Below, piece by piece: positions 52,481 through 61,894 of a stretch of 64,000 bases of DNA (positions within the stretch are counted from its first letter, which is position 1; every line of letters begins with the position of its first letter). The position numbers and the translations under genes were made by a program. The stretch comes from Haliotis cracherodii (taxonomy: Eukaryota), in the NCBI RefSeq assembly GCF_022045235.1, contig NW_027266279.1, forward strand, positions 12,152,001 to 12,216,000. The letters run 5' to 3'. Below the pieces are notes generated by a model. That model was not told where the DNA came from, did no database searches, and saw only the letters and a list, made by a program, of their open reading frames with translations.

Positions 52481-53565
52481 ATGTCGAAACGGTTGAATGA
52501 CAAGACACGAAGCGACATGAGTGGCCAAGGAAGCAGTGGAGATGGGAACGGTGACATGACTGCTGAACTGTGGGGTGAAGTGTACGACTTGCTGTGTTTA
52601 AAGATGAAGACCGACGACGCGTACGCCAAGTTACGTGCGAAGGGCGACAACCTGATGTGCGAACAGATACGTTCAAAGATGAGGAAGCTGACTGAACCCG
52701 AGAAAGGCACATCGAAGAAGACGATAAAGAAGATCCAGAAGAAAAAGACAAGCAAGCCCACAGTCGTTGTGATCCCCACAGCAGCAGCAACACCCACCAC
52801 CACCACCACCACATCAGCAACAGCAACAACGGCTGCAGCGACCACAGACATCGAAACGATGGGGACATCCTTTTTGAAACCTGCAACGCCTGCAAAAAGA
52901 CGATCACGGAAGAAATTATCTCTGAAGATCTCTCCTCAAGAACAGCTGTAAGTACCCTTGCTCTTCTTTGTCTCAGTCATTCTTGATGTGATTCATATTC
53001 ATGACCTATTCCTATGATAAATGGACTCTGTCCTATGATTGACAGGACCCCTGATGTCAGTTCAGCCCAGGCCGTGCTAGAACAGTGGTGGGAACAAACC
53101 CCTCGGGAGCCCACCTATTCACCGAATGCCCCTGCTGTGACGATGGCGACGGGTGACCGTGAGGATCATGAAGCGCTCAAGCTGGCCACTCTCCCTTCCA
53201 TGGATCTGGACACGCTCCCCCTGCTTGAGGCTTCTTGGTCACCAACATCCCCGGAAGATGTTCATGTCTACTCCTCAGGTACGCCCCTGGTTTGCGACGA
53301 TAATGAAGATGATGATGATGTGGATGACAACGACGTTGACCTGGATCCTTATGGAGAAGCTCAACTCACTCCCCTACAACGCGGATGTCGTATTTGCCGA
53401 CACAACAACATGTTAAGATACATCAGTTGCAACAGCGGGCAAGTGATGTGTCATACCTGTGGTCTGGAGCTCATAGACTGTACTTGTAGTATGTTGACCT
53501 ATGACCGCATAATGACACATGATGACATGCCTATCACATCTGCTGAGGATCACATCTTATGGTGA
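52481..53565 (+). CDS. Spliced ~328-aa protein with LxCxD, acidic tract and C4 zinc finger (E1A/E7-like layout); exons 52481-52947 and 53046-53565
   Basis: Donor CT|GTAAGT at 52948 and acceptor TTGACAG|G at 53045 join the two ORFs in frame; C-terminal LVCDDNEDDDDVDD...GCRICRH...MCHTC; AATAAA at ~54005. Confidence 0.72.
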
Positions 53566-54303
53566 TCCTCCTCTTCACTCGAAGAACTTGTCAACACGTA
53601 TGCTGCAACCGTGATCAAGTGATGTGTCATGTCTGTTTCAGGGAGACCATAGACTGTACGTGTTGAACGGATGGACCTCTCACAGGGTTGAGGGAGGACC
53701 ACCTCTTATGGGCTTGAAGATGGAAGAGGAAAACGTTGTCGCGTTATTGTTGTTGTTGTAGGGACATGCAAAGCACTCCCTCCTCCATTGACTTTTCGTA
53801 TTTCCGTTGTATCTGGTTGTGATTGGTTTTTTTTCATGATTAAACAGTGATTGATTGAACTGACTCTTTGTGTCTTGATTGATCTCAACTCCAATAGAGT
53901 GCCGAACCGAGGGTAGAGGTTGAGTTGAGATGTCGTTGACGTTGTCTGTCCGTCTGTCTGTCTGTGCATCTGTCATGTCAGTGCACACCCAAGTGTAAAA
54001 TTAAAATAAAAAATAGATAAAAGAGAAAGGCCATGCTTGAAAGATCAGCTGCCTGGTGTCGGTCATTCCAGTACGCATCGATCCCCACACCCCCTCCCCG
54101 TGTACCATGTCATGTCATGGATCGTGTCACGAATCATGCCGTGTGTCCGTCAACCCAAACACAGGATGACGTCACGTGATGAGGTGAAGGAGGTGGAGGA
54201 GGTGGAAGCTAAGGTCATGACCTTCCGTGGAAGGGAGTAGGGTGGAGAGTTTCATAAAAGCAGGCGAACCCTCAGACCTTCTTTCAGTGAAGTCACCGTC
54301 ATC

Positions 54304-54816
54304 ATGGAGCAAAGACGTTCTATGAATGCCATGTCATCCTCCCGAGATGTCGTCACCGATTCCGAGTGGGTGTCTGAAAAGGCGAGAGAACAAGAAGCGA
54401 GAAAACATTCCCTCTTTAGGGACGACACGTGGCGACTCAGTGACATTCTGGAGGGACCTTTTCCTTCTTACACCCTGTGTCATCCTTCTCATCCCCACTA
54501 TGATTCATTTCAAGAACGTCTGAGATCTTTTAAAACGTGGCCTCAACAGATGACCCAGACCCCGTATGACATGGCCATGGCTGGCTATTTCTATCCAGGA
54601 CAAGGTGATTGTGTGACCTGTTATTGCTGCGGTGTGGCACTCCGCCAATGGGAAGCCACAGACCAACCCTGGAAAGAACATCTGAAGCACGCCAAAGTCC
54701 CCTGCGAATACTTGTGTGTGTTTTGTCCTGATGGAGAAGTGAACGAAAAATACAGACGTTTGGTGTCCCAAGAAGCACGGAAGAGAAGAGTCGAGTGTCT
54801 TGTTCACCCCAAGTGA
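54304..54816 (+). CDS. Single-BIR-domain inhibitor-of-apoptosis-like protein 2 (170 aa)
   Basis: ERLRSFKTWP...MAMAGYFY...DCVTCYCCGVALRQWEATDQPWKEHLKHAKVPCEYL; CATAAAA ~50 nt upstream and TGACGTCACGTGA at ~54167. Confidence 0.93.
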   Translation: MEQRRSMNAMSSSRDVVTDSEWVSEKAREQEARKHSLFRDDTWRLSDILEGPFPSYTLCHPSHPHYDSFQERLRSFKTWPQQMTQTPYDMAMAGYFYPGQGDCVTCYCCGVALRQWEATDQPWKEHLKHAKVPCEYLCVFCPDGEVNEKYRRLVSQEARKRRVECLVHPK

Positions 54817-55029
54817 CAACGTTTCTTTTTTCAAAGTGTACAGACGTTCATACCCCCAGTGTTCACAAAAGTCACAGGGACGGTCCCCCCTCATCCTGTG
54901 ACTTTTTGTTTTGTGGTGTTGGTTCATGTGAGCGAGGGGATTAAATTTTTTTTAAAAACTCATAGTGGTGTTCTGTGGTCTGTAGGATGAAGAAAAACAA
55001 AACAGGATCGAAATGCACACCCCGATAAA

Positions 55030-55300
55030 AAAAACCGGATCGAAATTGGACCAATCCGAAGCCTGGGTTGTCGACCAATCAGAGACCGTGCTCGGGTCAT
55101 GCGGGGCTCTGAATGGTCGAACCGGGGTTGTGCTTTCTCTCCCATGGTAAAATCCATTTCCTATGGAAAAGAAACACAGGGGTCGGTCCGTTTTGGAAAA
55201 CCGAGGTGCAGACCAGGCCCCGAAACGAACCAATCGGGGGCGCGGCCTGGGGAACCAATCAGGAGGGTGGGTGTCAGTGACTCTCCTATAAAAACAAAAC
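55030..55300 (+). promoter_or_regulatory. Promoter module copy D
   Basis: CCAAT at 55051, 55075, 55230, 55255 and TATAAAA at 55287; upstream of the zinc-knuckle ORF. Confidence 0.82.
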
Positions 55301-55342
55301 AAGAGCGAAGCCACTCACACACACACACACACACTGCATTCT

Positions 55343-55945
55343 ATGAAACCCATCATGCCAGCTCGATACAGTTGTATGAAGTGCCAGACCGACAGTCACA
55401 GTTACCTGTACTGCCCTGAAGTGACATGCCTCGAGTGTGGCACTCAAGGTCACCGTCACTATGTCTGTCCGAAGATGAACAGTCAAGAGAAGCAGGAGAA
55501 TCGGAACCTGGACCGCTGTTACAACTGTGAAGCCCTGGGTCATTTCGCTGCAGATTGCCCAGAACCCAGTCGAAAGAAGACTCCCCATCGCCTGGACCAC
55601 TGTTACAACTGTCAAGCCCTGGGTCATTTCGCTGCAGATTGCCCAGAACCCAGTCGAAAGAAAACGTCAGCAACACCGTCCACGTCGACACCCGTGGCAC
55701 CCGTGACACCCGTGACACCCGTGACACAAGTGGTTCATCTCATCGAAGACGTGCACGTCGATGTCCTCGACCTAAAAGAATACCTCGCACAACTCCGGGC
55801 GGACATCACACCTCTTGTAGAGAAAAGAAAACGGGTCAGAAGCCTCTCAAGAAAGCACGCTTCAAAGCGCCGACGACACCTTCAGTCCGAGGATGAGATG
55901 GAAGTAGAGGGTGAAGAAGAGAGATCATCTGAACAAAGTGACTAA
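55343..55945 (+). CDS. Four-CCHC zinc-knuckle nucleic-acid-binding protein (200 aa)
   Basis: CMKCQTDSHSYLYC, CLECGTQGHRHYVC, CYNCEALGHFAADC, CYNCQALGHFAADC (all C-x2-C-x4-H-x4-C); basic NLS-like and acidic tail. Confidence 0.88.
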   Translation: MKPIMPARYSCMKCQTDSHSYLYCPEVTCLECGTQGHRHYVCPKMNSQEKQENRNLDRCYNCEALGHFAADCPEPSRKKTPHRLDHCYNCQALGHFAADCPEPSRKKTSATPSTSTPVAPVTPVTPVTQVVHLIEDVHVDVLDLKEYLAQLRADITPLVEKRKRVRSLSRKHASKRRRHLQSEDEMEVEGEEERSSEQSD

Positions 55946-56074
55946 CGCATGGGGCCATGCTACCCCACTGTTTTTTTACCAGTGTCCCATCGTTTGCAGT
56001 TTTTCCAGTGTTCCAGTGTTCCAGTGTTCCTGACGTTTCCTGTCGTTTCCAGTTTCCAGTTTCCAGTTTGTTTT

Positions 56075-56117
56075 CCAACGGCCCTTTTCAGGGCCACCCA
56101 TCTCTCCCGAAAGACAA
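56075..56117 (+). terminator. Histone-type 3' stem-loop and downstream element (copy 3)
   Basis: CCAAC-GGCCCTTTTCAGGGCC-ACCCA-TCTCTCCCGAAAGACAA; stem-loop 56080-56095, ~135 nt after the zinc-knuckle stop. Confidence 0.88.
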
Positions 56118-56647
56118 CTTTCCTCCTTTGCTTTGACGACCCTCCCACCCACACCATGAACCCGTCTCCTCCTCCTTTCCTCCCTCCCTCCCTCCCTCAA
56201 TTCACCACCACCACCCTCCCTCCCTCCCTCCCTCCCTCCCTCCCTCCACCACCGCCACCCCCTGGAGGCGCGCGCCACCGGACACGGAAGCGCCACCCCT
56301 CTTGGAGGCGCGCACCTCCGGACACGGAAGCGACGCCCCTCTTGGAGGCGCGCGCCTCCGGACACGGAAGCGACGCCCCTCTTGGAGGCGCACGCCACCG
56401 GACACGGAAGCCACGCCCTCTTGGAGGCGCACGCCACCGGACACGGAAGCCACGCCCTCTTGGAGGCGCACGCCACCGGAAACGGAAGCGACGCCATCTT
56501 GGAGGCGCACGCGCAGAGTCCCATCATGCACTGCGCAGGTCACGTGACCGGAAGTGACGTCACAGAGGATGTGACGTCACTTCCGGTTCCATAATCCTGA
56601 GTGGTTCCATAATCCTGAGGTGTTCCATACCACAGTACTTAACTACT
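56077..56647 (-). repeat. Right terminal inverted repeat (571 bp)
   Basis: Reverse complement of the left TIR with one extra 39-bp unit and small indels in the (GGGA)/(GGGT) tracts. Confidence 0.96.
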
Positions 56648-56846
56648 AATCTACACCCAAACGTCGCTATTAAATTATAAGAAAGCCGTTGTTATCGGTA
56701 AACGGTATCTACTTTAGATTTGTAAAGACTAAAGGACAGGAGGAAAACGCTAACATGCACTGACCGAGGGGCCTTCTTCAAGTCCGAACGCTTCGGGAGT
56801 CACTGTCGCCTCGTTGATCACCCCCGTCGCCCTGTCCGTGCAGCCC

Positions 56847-57684
56847 CCGCTTGACCAGTCCAGATGCCTGCCTGGTGATCGCTCTACCGCTTGACCAGTC
56901 CAGATGCCTGCCTGGTGATCTCCCTACCGCTTGACCAGTCCAGATGCCTGCCTGGTGATCTCCCTACCGCTTGACCAGTCCAGATGCCTGCCTGGTGATC
57001 TCTCTACCGCTTGACCAGTCCAGATGCCTGCCTGGTGATCTCCCTACCGCTTGACCAGTCCAGATGCCTGCCTGGTGATCTCTCTACCGCTTGACCAGTC
57101 CAGATGCCTGCCTGGTGATCTCCCTACCGCTTGACCAGTCCAGATGCCTGCCTGGTGATCTCTCTACCGCTTGACCAGTCCAGATGCCTGCCTGGTGATC
57201 TCCCTACCGCTTGACCAGTCCAGATGCCTGCCTGGTGATCTCTCTACCGCTTGACCAGTCCAGATGCCTGCCTGGTGATCTCTCTACCGCTTGACCAGTC
57301 CAGATGCCTGCCTGGTGATCTCTCTACCGCTTGACCAGTCCAGATGCCTGCCTGGTGATCTCTCTACCGCTTGACCAGTCCAGATGCCTGCCTGGTGATC
57401 TCCCTACCGCTTGACCAGTCCAGATGCCTGCCTGGCGATCTCTCTACCGCTTGACCAGTCCAGATGCCTGCCTGGCGATCTCCCTACCGCTTGACCAGTC
57501 CAGATGCCTGTCTGGTGATCTCTCTACCGCTTGACCAGTCCAGATGCCTGCCTGGTGATCTCTCTACCGCTTGACCAGTCCAGATGCCTGTCTGGTGATC
57601 TCCCTACCGCTTGACCAGTCCAGATGCCTGCCTGGTGATCTCTCTACCGCTTGACCAGTCCAGATGCCTGCCTGGTGATCTCCC
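56847..57684. repeat. 40-bp minisatellite (CCGCTTGACCAGTCCAGATGCCTGCCTGGTGATCTCYCTA)
   Basis: About 21 almost identical units. Confidence 0.96.
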
Positions 57685-58312
57685 TTTCGAAACCTACTGG
57701 CAGATGTGGCATTTGGTTGCTTGACACAAACGTATGCATCTCTAATAATCTGTAATCTCTAGAAACATGTTAAAAGTACGTCATGTATATGCTGACAATG
57801 ACACAACATGATTAAATACATAGTAAATACTCCTATTATTCCGGTAAAAACAATACGTAAAAACATGATCTTAATGTTATTTAAAACCTACCTATCATCA
57901 CACTGAACGTTTGTGCCAGTAGGTTCTGATCACTTTGTCAGTAAACAATGCTCTTGGCAACATGAAAGAATTAATTGTAACTCTTATCCTAAGTGAAATA
58001 GTTTGATGTGGAGGTTTTTGTTTTATCGATGCTGAAACTAAACAAATATATAAAGAGTAATATATTCCAAGTCAGTGACTAGAAAACTGATGGTGCGAAG
58101 CGAGACATGTGGGTTCGGCGATATCAGAGCCGAGCGACAATATTATCATTGGATTATACTAATATTATACCAACGGAAAATATACAGTGGCGCAAAATGT
58201 TGTTATTAAGAATGTTATTGAAAATAACAACTAGACATATGGTCACCTGTTTGATCAATGTTGCCTCAAATCAAATTTATTGACAAAACCGAAGCTTGGT
58301 AACGGGAGAAAG

Positions 58313-58661
58313 CATTCGTGACCAACTCGTGTTATTCCGGGACAAGCCGAATAGCGACTCGTGCTCCTCTCATGGCCATTTTTGCGACCGGGTTCCGTCT
58401 TAGCGCAAACGGGCATACCTAAAACAACTGTCAAGTCGTTGCGTAATGGTTAACATATATTTCCCCACATATTATAAATATTTCAGATGCAATTCTAAGC
58501 ACATATGTAAAATCAAAAATTATTTCTGAGGGATTCTTTGACGAAGAATTTGAAACCATGCGCGCATTCTGATTGGTTTGTCGTATTTTTGCACATAACA
58601 TTCATCGATAGGGGGACTAGTCTTCTTGCAGGTTACGGAAAGAGGCGAGTGGTGACGAATG
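58313..58661 (+). mobile_element. Non-autonomous DNA transposon with 9-bp TSD (internally deleted copy)
   Basis: CATTCGTGACC...GTGACGAATG ends; TSD GGGAGAAAG. Confidence 0.88.
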
Positions 58662-58694
58662 GGGAGAAAGGTGGTGTGAAAGCTCAATTGACAC

Positions 58695-59203
58695 CATCTT
58701 CCCGAGGCAAGTGAGTTAACTGACTAAAAGTCCAGTTTCCACCCTTGTCGAACTGGGCTGGAATTTCTGGGCTCGATCGTAGCGCCACCAAAGACTATTA
58801 CGCGTTATGTCGCTTCGATGCCCCTCCTTTTGACCAATCAGATTCCCCCTCTCATTTCACTTGCATTTGCTTCAAATAAAATGGGGTCGACCAGTGAAGA
58901 CGATGTTATCAAGATCTTGATTGTAGTAAAAAGGGTCTTAGTACGCGAAGTGAGGCACCTTGATTAAAATCATGAAAAGATTTGGAATATATCTGTTGAT
59001 GCAAAGTGGTCCTTACACATGTTTTGCAAATCCTGCAATCCACCGAAAACTGCACGGCAGTTTACGAACCAGATATCGATTTTGATTCTGATTTTACTAT
59101 GCATAGGCTCGTTAGTCCAGCCAAGATATAACTCCATAATTGCAGCCAAGTTCGGCAAGGGTGGACTTTTATAGTCAGCTAACATCCTTGCCTCGGGAAG
59201 ATG
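58695..59203. mobile_element. MITE with TIR CATCTTCCCGAGGCAAG (second copy)
   Basis: CATCTTCCCGAGGCAAG ... CTTGCCTCGGGAAGATG; body homologous to 35501-36049, inverted. Confidence 0.82.
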
Positions 59204-59861
59204 CTAAACCACTTATCCTGTCCATGTTAAAGATAACGGGACGTTTACAATAAGTCTTCTTATAGTAATGGTAACTGCCACAAAATATCAGTTAATCTCC
59301 TCCTAAATATAATGGACACCACCTTGACCCGGAGGAAAAAACTCACGGTACAGTGATTTTTGGACAGGGCGCAGACTAGCGACCCCTTTGACAACCAAAT
59401 GTGCAACCATTAACACTAAAATGCAACATAGGTATACAAGTGCCAGTGGTAGATTTTTGTGTGTTTGTCAGTCACCTCGCATTACATTTCACGTCGTCAC
59501 GATTGTAACACTTCCAGTGGCCAGAGGCTGTGCAGGCAGGTGACGTGCTAATAGTCGCATATAAAGTAAAGGTAAATAATATTTTGTTTTGTTTAGTTTA
59601 AGCGGAGAGGTAGCCGATGGTCATTAAGATTATCTTTGTTCTGGTCAGGCTTTTGACCTGGCAACTTGAGAATACAGAGTAAATAGAGGTGCAAACACTT
59701 GTACAGTAATTTGCAGCTTGTTTGTCAAATGGACAAGGGGATCTCTGGGTCGCCAGGGTAAAAGGGCGATACAAAACAGATAAGAGGGATACAGACAGAC
59801 AGCGAACACGAGCAGGGCAGCACAGATGAACAGCCTAAGAAGACAAACAACCAAGAGTAAA

Positions 59862-60605
59862 TAGCCAGACTAGCACCAAGAAGGCCAGAACTCCAGGACA
59901 AGATCAGAACATGCCTGTAAAGCCACCAGTCTCTCACAGCCAGACTAGCAGCAAGAAGGCCAGAACTCCAGGACACGTTCAGGGCACGCCTGTAAAGCCA
60001 CCAGTCTCTCACAGCCAGACTAGCAGCAAGAAGGCAAGAACTCCAGGACACGTTCAGGGCACGCCTGTAAAGCCACCAGTCTCTCACAGCCAGACTAGCA
60101 GCAAGAAGGAGTACTCCAGGACACGTTCAAGGCACGCCTGTTAAGCCACCAGTCTCTCACAGCCAGACTAGCAGCAAGAAGTCCAGAACTCCAGGACACG
60201 TTCAGGGCACGCCTGTAAAGCCACCAGTCTCTCACAGCCAGACTAGCACCAAGAAGGCCAGTACTCCAGGACACGTTCAGGGCACGCCTGTAAAGCCACC
60301 AGTCTCTCACAGCAAGACTAGCACCAAGAAGGCCAGTACTCCAGGACACGTTCAGGGCACGCCTGTAAAGCCACCAGTCTCTCACAGCCAGACTAGCAGC
60401 AAGAAGGAGTACTCCAGGACACGTTCAAGGCACGCCTGTTAAGCCACCAGTCTCTCACAGCCAGACTAGCAGCAAGAAGGCTAGCACGTCAGGACACATT
60501 CAGGGCACGCCTGTAAAGTCACCAGTCCCTCACAGCCAGACTAGCAGCAAGAAGGCCAGTACTCCAGGACACGTTCAGAGCACGCCTGTAAAGCCACCAG
60601 TCTCT
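59862..60605. repeat. ~75-bp minisatellite (AGCCAGACTAGCAGCAAGAAGGCCAGAACTCCAGGACACGTTCAGGGCACGCCTGTAAAGCCACCAGTCTCTCAC)
   Basis: About 10 tandem units. Confidence 0.93.
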
Positions 60606-61217
60606 GCTACGTTTTATGATCCATGTGTGTGTGGAACTAGACGTATTAAGATGTACTGGAAAACCAAGAAGCAGTTGTAATGATTTATTCTAATTGTCAT
60701 GTCATGAGAGTTTCTTTTGAAACATTTATCTATTCGGAAAAAAGAATTGAACGTTTCTAAGATGATTCTTTGGTAGTATCTGGTACATCTATAAAAAGAC
60801 GACAACTTTCCTGAATCAAAACCAGATTTATTCGTAAATGTACCATCGTCTTGTTTCTCCTTTGATACGCACGTAAAATCCCTATATCTCTGCACACTTC
60901 CGACTTGTGAATCAAGTCGGGCGACACAAAATTATCGGATTTCTAAATTGTTTCGGTGGTAACACATTCAATGCTACATTCATGTACCATACATGTCAGT
61001 TAGCCTTTTACATTATGTGCTCAAATTATACATGTGCTAAACATGGACAACCATGACAATATTCTGAGATTGAACTTTGGTATTTAAGCATCATGACGAT
61101 GAGATCGGTCCAGCTTCTGATAATGATCCCTTGTGGATTCAAGGTTAGATACGCCACCAGCAACTTATCCTTGTTGTGGAAACCTTTGCAAGGTGTCTCA
61201 TGCTGATGCGACTAAAG

Positions 61218-61482
61218 ACCCGTGAAAATCCGGGTTAGAATAGGTCTTCAGCAACCCATACTTGTCGTAAAAGGCGACTCTGCTTGTCGTGAGAGGCGAT
61301 TAACGGGATCGGGTGGTCAGGCTCGCTGACTTGGTTGATGCATGTCATCGTATCCCAATTGTGTGGATCGATGCTCATGATATCAATCACTGGGTCTGGT
61401 CCAGACTCAATTATTTACAGACCGCCGTCATATAGCTGGAATATTGCTGAGTGCGGCGTTAAACAACAAACCAACCAACCAA
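61218..61482 (+). mobile_element. SINE-like family D copy
   Basis: Matches 9587-9865, with a (CAAC)n tail. Confidence 0.8.
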
Positions 61483-61894
61483 CGTTGACATGAAATTTAT
61501 TATTTCCTAAATATTCAACTAGTTATTGCACCTGACCTTAAGTCACATATGTCGTTTCTTGAAGTTGAATCTTAATTTGTTAACATTTGTCAGGAATTAT
61601 TTGACATTTGGACTCATTAAAGAATTTGAATGTCTGTATATCTATTATTGGTAGGATTCAGATCCTCTGCAAAAGTAAACATACGGCGGCTGATAATCAC
61701 GCATGATAAAGAGGCAGTAAAATATTCCACTAAGGTTTTTTAGAGGCTGTGACATAAGTGACAAAAGGTAACAGCACCAATAGCCTATCCAGAGAAAGAA
61801 ATCTCTTACAGTCAGAGTCGGTTGTGCGATTCATCCTAAGCATGTGTATTAGAATCACTAACACATACTGATGATGCCACGTGTTCGCGAATAG

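Larger units (their letters stand above)
44756..56647. mobile_element. Polinton/Maverick-type element, 11,892 bp, with pPolB but no integrase or virion module
   Basis: 5'-AGTAGT...ACTACT-3' termini, long TIRs, perfect 6-bp TSD AATCTA (44750-44755 and 56648-56653), intact protein-primed PolB, visibly higher GC than the flanks. Confidence 0.96.

Noticed and set aside
55343-55945. LTR retrotransposon gag
   Set aside because: No capsid domain, protease, RT, LTRs or PBS; it lies in the element's own promoter/stem-loop cassette.
44756-56647. Contaminating viral contig or misassembly
   Set aside because: A perfect 6-bp TSD on both sides of intact termini indicates a genuine integration into the host sequence.
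59725-60385. Repetitive ORFs (e.g. PVKPPVSHSQTSSKK)
   Set aside because: They come from a ~75-bp minisatellite with frame-breaking indels between units.
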